A stretch of DNA of 64,000 nucleotides from Azolla caroliniana (lineage: Eukaryota > Plantae > Polypodiophyta), in the NCBI GenBank assembly GCA_043228905.1, contig JBHGNT010000017.1, positions 8,246,001 to 8,310,000 of the forward strand. The letters run 5' to 3'. This document shows, one piece after another, positions 58,580 to 64,000 of this stretch. The position numbers and the translations under genes were made by a program. The notes beneath the pieces were generated by a model that was given only the letters and a program-made list of their open reading frames with translations, searched no databases and was not told the DNA's origin. How positions within the stretch are numbered: the stretch's first letter is position 1; each line of letters opens with the position of its first letter.

Positions 58580-61234
58580 TCATTGTTCACCCAATTTGTC
58601 CAAATTACTTTGTTCAAGAATTTCCACTTGTTCTTCCGGTTGTGGTTGTTGCGGCTGTGCTTGCTGCTGCTGCTGTGGTTGCGGTTGGAACTGAGGCTGC
58701 TCCGGCTGCTCTGTTTGTCTCTCTGGCTCCGGCATCTCCGTTTGACTGCTTCCGGTCCGGTCTCCTTCCAGTAAGGGTTCCTCATCACTGAGGTTGACCG
58801 TAACTGGTTCTCGTTCTTTCTCTCCCCGGATCCGGGACCTCTCGTAGCTTTCAAACTGGATCTGCGCCTCCAGCTTGTCGTCGTCCAGCTGAGCTACAAG
58901 TTGCCGGACTTGCTCTAGTTGGTCCTCTGCCAAGGCTTGAAAGTCTTCGGCTAGCTCATCTCTTATACCGGTGAAGTCTTCGGAATTCAGCATATAGCAA
59001 TCATCTCCCTCCTTCTGCCGGTTCTCTACGTCGGCCCGGAGCAATTGGAGTTCCACCGCGTTCGTGGCCCACTTGGTCCACCATTTGACGGAACCGTTGT
59101 CAATCAAGCTCTTCGTTTGGTTCAACAAGGCCCGCATGATATCCTGGATGCGACTTGCTCCCATTTGTGCTCTGCTTTCCACCACTTGTCGCTCCTCCTT
59201 CAACTGCTTGATGAGATTTGCCGTATCCTCCGCCTGCTCTCTGTAGCGCGTCAGCTGCCCTTGATATGTCGTTTGCAGCCTCTGCAGTACCTCCGCCGCT
59301 CTTTCTTTTTCCGCCTGCTGTTGCCTGAGGAGCTCTGTCCGAACCTTCTCCGCCTCTTCCAACCGTCTTCTGTTTTCCGCTTGTTCCTTGGCGAATGCGG
59401 TTGCGGTCCGATCAACTGCTTGCCGGAGCTCATCCGTCCGTTCCTTGTGCTCCGTTTGCAACCGTTTATACTCCCGGTGCAATTGCTCAAATTCCTCCGT
59501 TTTTTGTTTGAGCTTGCCGTTGATCTGGCGATGGTTCCGGTCCTCCCGGTCCTTTACCTGCCGGAGTTCCTCTTTCAGGCGCTCTACTTCTGTTTCGGCG
59601 TTCCTCCGGAGCCTCTCCTTCTCTTGCAGCATTTTCTCCTTCTCCTCCTTGAGCCGGTCGTACGCTTGGTGGCCTTTCCGTAAGCTCTCCTCGGCCCGGC
59701 GTAGATTCTCAGCAGTCTTTTTGAGTTCTGCCTCCGCTGCCGTCTTCAATTCTCTTTCGCGGCTCCTCAGCGCTTCTTGGGCAGCTAGCTCATCCTTTAA
59801 ATCCGCAAGCTCTTGGGCTTGTGCCGCATTTCTCTCCGGAACGGTTTCCGTTGCCGGGGTCTGATTGCTATGTACAGGTTGATCTGCCGCTTTATTCTGT
59901 ACATTGCCCGGAGTCACCGGTGCTTGGACTTGTGTTGTCAAAGCGATTTGAGCCATTTCCCTTGTGACCCTGTCCAAGTCTTGTTCAAGGCTCCGGATTC
60001 TGGACCGGGCCGTCTCTAGATCTACGGTTGTGACGAGCAACCGTTCCTGGTGCGCTCTCTCTTCCGCCTCTATATACTCGACCGCTCCGGCGATTTGCTC
60101 GCCTACCCACCGTAGCCACATGCTACTGGTGCCTTGTTGCTGTACTGGTCGGGTCGGCTCATTCCCTGTGGAATTGTCTGGCCTGAGTGCCTGCATATGC
60201 CGTTCTGGTTCTACTCCTTGGCCGCCGTGTGTGCTGGCTGGGCTCGCCGGCTGTTGAGTTCCGGTTCTCGCCGTCTCCGGAGCCGTTGGACTGACTTCTT
60301 CTACAGAAGTCGACAAGACCGGTTCCCTACGCACCGGTTCCGGTTCTTCCCTTGTGGTTTGCTCAGGTTGAGTTGGGGGCGTTTCTGCCTCTCGCGGGTA
60401 CGACCGCTCCCCTCCTGTCTCGGCGGTCCTACTTCTTGACCGTCGCTGGAGGTGCTCTTCTGGCTCCTCCGTTTCCTCTTCCTGTGTCACGGCATGTTTC
60501 TGTGCCGTCAAGGGTTCCGGTTCCTTCTGTCCCGGTCTCCGTAAGGTTATCTTGACGGGTCGGACCGGTGACACCTCCTCCGGTTCTGGGACCCGTTTCT
60601 TCCCTTTCGTCGCCTTCGACGCCAGCAGCTGCTGTCGTTTGGACGCCGGCTTCGAGGTGCTTCCTTCCGATACTCTTGGCCGCTTCTTTGGCTGGACGGT
60701 CTCGACCGGCGGCACGAGCAATGTTATCCATTGAGCTACGGCGTGCCACAGCTTCCAGCCCTCCTTGCCGTCCTTTCCTCGTACCATGTCGATTGCCGTG
60801 CACAAACCGTCTGCAATCAACACCGGCCAGTCCACCTTGACCCCTTCATAGGTGGCTATGATCATCCCTGCCCGATTTTTTGGCATGACAGGGGGTCGGG
60901 GGTACACGTGACCGTACTCATGGAGCACTCGAGCTATCTCCCTGAATAGCGGATCTTCGCCGCCCTGCGTCCGATAGCCTTTGCCGGCAACAGAGTACTC
61001 ACCGAAATATCGGGTGAGTTGCTCCGAGGTTGGATTATCAATCTGAAAAATTCCTCCCTCCGGAAGGCCTGTTAGCGCACGGATCGCTTCCTCGGTGATG
61101 ACTTCCTTGTCGAGCTCCTTGATGACCTGGTCGGCTTCTCTGTGCGGTGGTGCTTCCATGATGGCCAAGAACCCCTCCAGTCCGTGTTGTCTGAACCATT
61201 TCCTGGCCGCTTCCGACAGCGTTTGTGGTTCCAT
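58580..61234 (-). CDS. Intact 884-aa retrotransposon extra-ORF protein of unknown function
   Basis: Uninterrupted ORF with a native ATG matching 17031. Globular N-terminus (ITEEAIRALTGLP, VDWPVLIADGL), basic/disordered linker, ~350-aa coiled coil, Q/P tail. Confidence 0.8.
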   Translation of the reverse strand: MEPQTLSEAARKWFRQHGLEGFLAIMEAPPHREADQVIKELDKEVITEEAIRALTGLPEGGIFQIDNPTSEQLTRYFGEYSVAGKGYRTQGGEDPLFREIARVLHEYGHVYPRPPVMPKNRAGMIIATYEGVKVDWPVLIADGLCTAIDMVRGKDGKEGWKLWHAVAQWITLLVPPVETVQPKKRPRVSEGSTSKPASKRQQLLASKATKGKKRVPEPEEVSPVRPVKITLRRPGQKEPEPLTAQKHAVTQEEETEEPEEHLQRRSRSRTAETGGERSYPREAETPPTQPEQTTREEPEPVRREPVLSTSVEEVSPTAPETARTGTQQPASPASTHGGQGVEPERHMQALRPDNSTGNEPTRPVQQQGTSSMWLRWVGEQIAGAVEYIEAEERAHQERLLVTTVDLETARSRIRSLEQDLDRVTREMAQIALTTQVQAPVTPGNVQNKAADQPVHSNQTPATETVPERNAAQAQELADLKDELAAQEALRSRERELKTAAEAELKKTAENLRRAEESLRKGHQAYDRLKEEKEKMLQEKERLRRNAETEVERLKEELRQVKDREDRNHRQINGKLKQKTEEFEQLHREYKRLQTEHKERTDELRQAVDRTATAFAKEQAENRRRLEEAEKVRTELLRQQQAEKERAAEVLQRLQTTYQGQLTRYREQAEDTANLIKQLKEERQVVESRAQMGASRIQDIMRALLNQTKSLIDNGSVKWWTKWATNAVELQLLRADVENRQKEGDDCYMLNSEDFTGIRDELAEDFQALAEDQLEQVRQLVAQLDDDKLEAQIQFESYERSRIRGEKEREPVTVNLSDEEPLLEGDRTGSSQTEMPEPERQTEQPEQPQFQPQPQQQQQAQPQQPQPEEQVEILEQSNLDKLGEQ

Positions 61235-61237
61235 GTC

Positions 61238-64000
61238 TGCATCCGATCGCGAATGTCGGAGAAGTTCCCCTTAGCCATGTTGGGCAGAAAGGGAAACTCA
61301 AGAACGTGCTGCACGTTCCGACAATCACGAAGAACTTGGTTTCGATCGGACAGATCATCGACCAAGGGATGGAGGTTCGGTTTACACACCTCGGGTGCTT
61401 CATTGAGGAAGAAGGCGTGTGATTGCGCAAGGGCGTAGAGACGGGAGGATGTTCATCCTCGACTCCACTGACGGCGGCACCGCAATGTTCGCAAAGGGAC
61501 AAAAGACCGAGTCGGACATCGACTTGTGGCACAAGCGGATAGGCCACGTCAACCACCAACGGCTTCAAGATCTGGAATCGAAACAGGTAGTATTCGGATT
61601 GCCCAAATATAGTGGCCGAAAGGCACAAATTTGTGAAGCCTGCCAGCTCGGGAAGCAACACCGACTTCCCTTCCCCAACGAGCGAAACCGGAGCCGGAAC
61701 AAGCTCGACCTTATACACTCCGATGTGTGGGGACCGGCACAAAATGTTAGTCTTGGCGGGAGCCGATATTTCGTCTCCTTCATCGACGACCACACGCGGC
61801 ACACATGGATCTACCTCATTGAGAGGAAGAGAGAAGTCTTCGACTGTTTCCGGGACCTCAAAGGGTTCATGGAAGCCGAAACGGGATGAAAGATCAAGTG
61901 CCTGCGGTCGGATGGCGGGAAAGAGTACTTTTCCGGTCAATTCAACGGTTACCTACAACAAATGGGAATTCGGCGCGAATTCAGTTGTAGATACACGCCA
62001 GAGCAGAACGGCGTGGCCGAGAGAAAGAATCGGTCAGTTGTGGAAGCGGCACGGACAATGCTGGAGGAGAAGAGCTTGCCTAAGTTCTACTGGGCCGAGG
62101 CAGTAAGGACCGTGGTATACATCCAGAACCGGATTGGAGACAAAGTGTCGGCGCACGAGCTATATTTCGGAACGAAGCCGAACTTGCGACACTTGAGGGT
62201 GTTCGGTAGCATTGCGTATGTGCATGTACCGAAGGAGAAAAGGAGGAAGCTGGACGCAAAGGCCGAGAAGTGCATCTTGGTCGGTTACTCGGACGAGCAG
62301 AAGGGTTATAAGTGCTATAACCCTCGCACCAAACAAGCGCGTGTCAGCCGCGACGTTGTGTTTGACGAGTCTGCGTCTTGGTACCTACCCTCGCCTCGGA
62401 ACCCCGACTCCAATACGAGTTCTGACGATGAGGTCAGCGAGGCTGAGATGCCTCCGGATGAGCCCAAAATCGAGACCCGTGAAGAGAGTCCGATTTCACT
62501 CCGGTTAAGTGGACCGATTGGACGACTGAGTCGGTACGACCAGTCCGATGAAGAGCCGGCGAGTAGTGGAGATTCGGCCGTGCATTCCCTGCGTAGGAAT
62601 CCGAGGAGACGGCTTACGTGCAAAGAGAAAGGGAAGAAGAAGGTGTTGGATTCCGGCACGGAAAGGAACGAGTCAGACCGACGCGAGTCCGACTCTGAGG
62701 GAACCGGTGATGGGTCTTTAACGGTGAAGACCGCGTCGACCGAGAAGGCCTCAACATCGGCTAATGTGAGATTACGCCGATCTACCCGCCAGAAGAACCC
62801 AGTTGTGCGGTTCAGATTCAACGAGTACATGGCGCATCATTATGCGTACATGACCTGTGTAGCGGAAGTGCGTGGGCCGGAGAGCTACGTAGAAGCGACT
62901 AAAGACGCGAATTGGCGTGCCGCGATGGAGGAAGAGATGCACGCATTGGCGGAGAACGAGACCTGGGACCTGGTTGACGCACCGAAGGGTGTGAAGCCGA
63001 TCGGGTGTAGATGGGTGTACAAAGTCAAGTACAACACCGATGGCTCGGTCAACCGGTACAAGGCTCGGCTGGTGGCAAAGGGCTACGCGCAGAAACACGG
63101 CATCGACTACGATGAGACGTTTGCGCCGGTCGCGAAAATGATGACCATCCGTGTTTTGCTGGCAGTAGCTGCGGCGAAGGGGTAGCACTTACATCAGATG
63201 GATGTAAAGAATGCGTTCCTGCAAGGTGACCTTGAGGAACATGTGTACATGGTACAGCCCCCCAGATTTCACTCTGGAACGAACTCCTCGGCAATATGCC
63301 GATTGAAGAAGTCCCTTTACGGACTGAAGCAAGCCCCGCGTGCCTGGAACGCGAAGATCACGCAACAACTGCGTCAGATGGGCTTCATCACGTCAAAATC
63401 AGACTCTTCCCTGTTCATCCGGAAAGGTCGACTCGGACCGGTTAGTATTTTGTTGTATGTCGATGACTTGGTCATCACCGGCACCGACCTAGGTGAAATC
63501 GACCGTGTGAAGCTCCAGCTTGCGGCTTCGTTCGACATGAAGGATCTGGGAGACCTTCATTACTTCCTTGGGATCGAAGTGATCCGTACCCCCGAAGGCA
63601 TATTGATCAGCCAACGTCATTACGTGCTGAGTATGCTCTTCAAACTCGGGATGGCCGATTGTAAGTTCGTCTCGACTCCTCTGGACAGAACCGTCAAGTT
63701 TCGTCCCGATACGGGAAAGGTATGCGACCTGACGAGGTTCCGACAAATTGTCGGAAGCCTCATATACTTGACCATCACCCGACCCGACCTCAGTTATCCG
63801 GTCGGGGTGATCAGTTAGTTCATGGCGCGACCTACCGAGGAGCACCTTCAGTGTGCGCAACGCATACCTCGGTATGTCAACGGCACTAAGTACCGAGGAC
63901 TGCTATATCGGACCGGTGTAGCCGCGTAGTTAGTCGGCTACATCGATGCTAATTGGGCTGGCAACGCCGCCGATCGCCGATCCACGTCTGGATACGCGTT
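61238..64000 (+). pseudogene. Second copia D element: integrase-RT, 5'-truncated, runs off the window
   Basis: [66 protein letters not shown]; a few stops and frameshifts. Confidence 0.92.

Larger units (their letters stand above)
58109..61237 (-). mobile_element. Gypsy 3' fragment (extra ORF and 3' LTR 58109-58527), related to 13497-23450
   Basis: LTR TGTTACCGG...AATAACA on the minus strand; conserved pre-LTR motif; homologous extra ORF. Confidence 0.9.

Noticed and set aside
58560-58585. Purine-rich GAAGGGGCCGAGAAGGG as the missing PPT
   Set aside because: It is ~40 nt from the LTR, interrupted by pyrimidines and poorly conserved in the other two copies; a PPT must abut the LTR.
58580-61234. 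Calling the extra ORF an env gene
   Set aside because: No signal peptide or transmembrane segment visible; the protein is charged and coiled-coil.
59045-63860. Many overlapping 60-300-aa ORFs on opposite strands and frames
   Set aside because: Shadow ORFs of GC-richer retroelement coding sequence.

Overview
Eukaryotic, plant nuclear DNA. The TE lineages suggest a seedless plant such as a fern or lycophyte, but that is inference. One intact 19-exon host gene lies on the + strand at 27669-47380. It encodes a GUP1/HHAT-like membrane-bound O-acyltransferase (~547 aa) and needs two GC-AG introns. Two blocks of nested, mostly decayed transposons flank it. Left block (1-26.3 kb): a gypsy gag remnant with a candidate -1 frameshift signal; a Ty1/copia element carrying a pol-less gypsy derivative, an inverted copia, and a hAT transposon (8-bp TSD) that itself holds a full-length 9.95-kb gypsy; and a solo LTR inside the copia 3' LTR. 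Right block (51.6-64 kb): several copia fragments and a gypsy fragment with an intact 884-aa extra ORF. The gene's introns carry RTEX-like LINE pieces, a Mutator-type MITE, tandem arrays and a 177-bp inverted duplication. Most notable: all three copies of the non-chromovirus gypsy family lack a polypurine tract. Instead they carry a tRNA-Arg 3'-end-like sequence ending in CCA two bases before the 3' LTR. This is a second, oppositely oriented primer-binding site and suggests tRNA-primed or tRNA-mimic-primed plus-strand synthesis. All coordinates and comparisons were done by eye; tRNA and homolog identities are from memory and need database confirmation.
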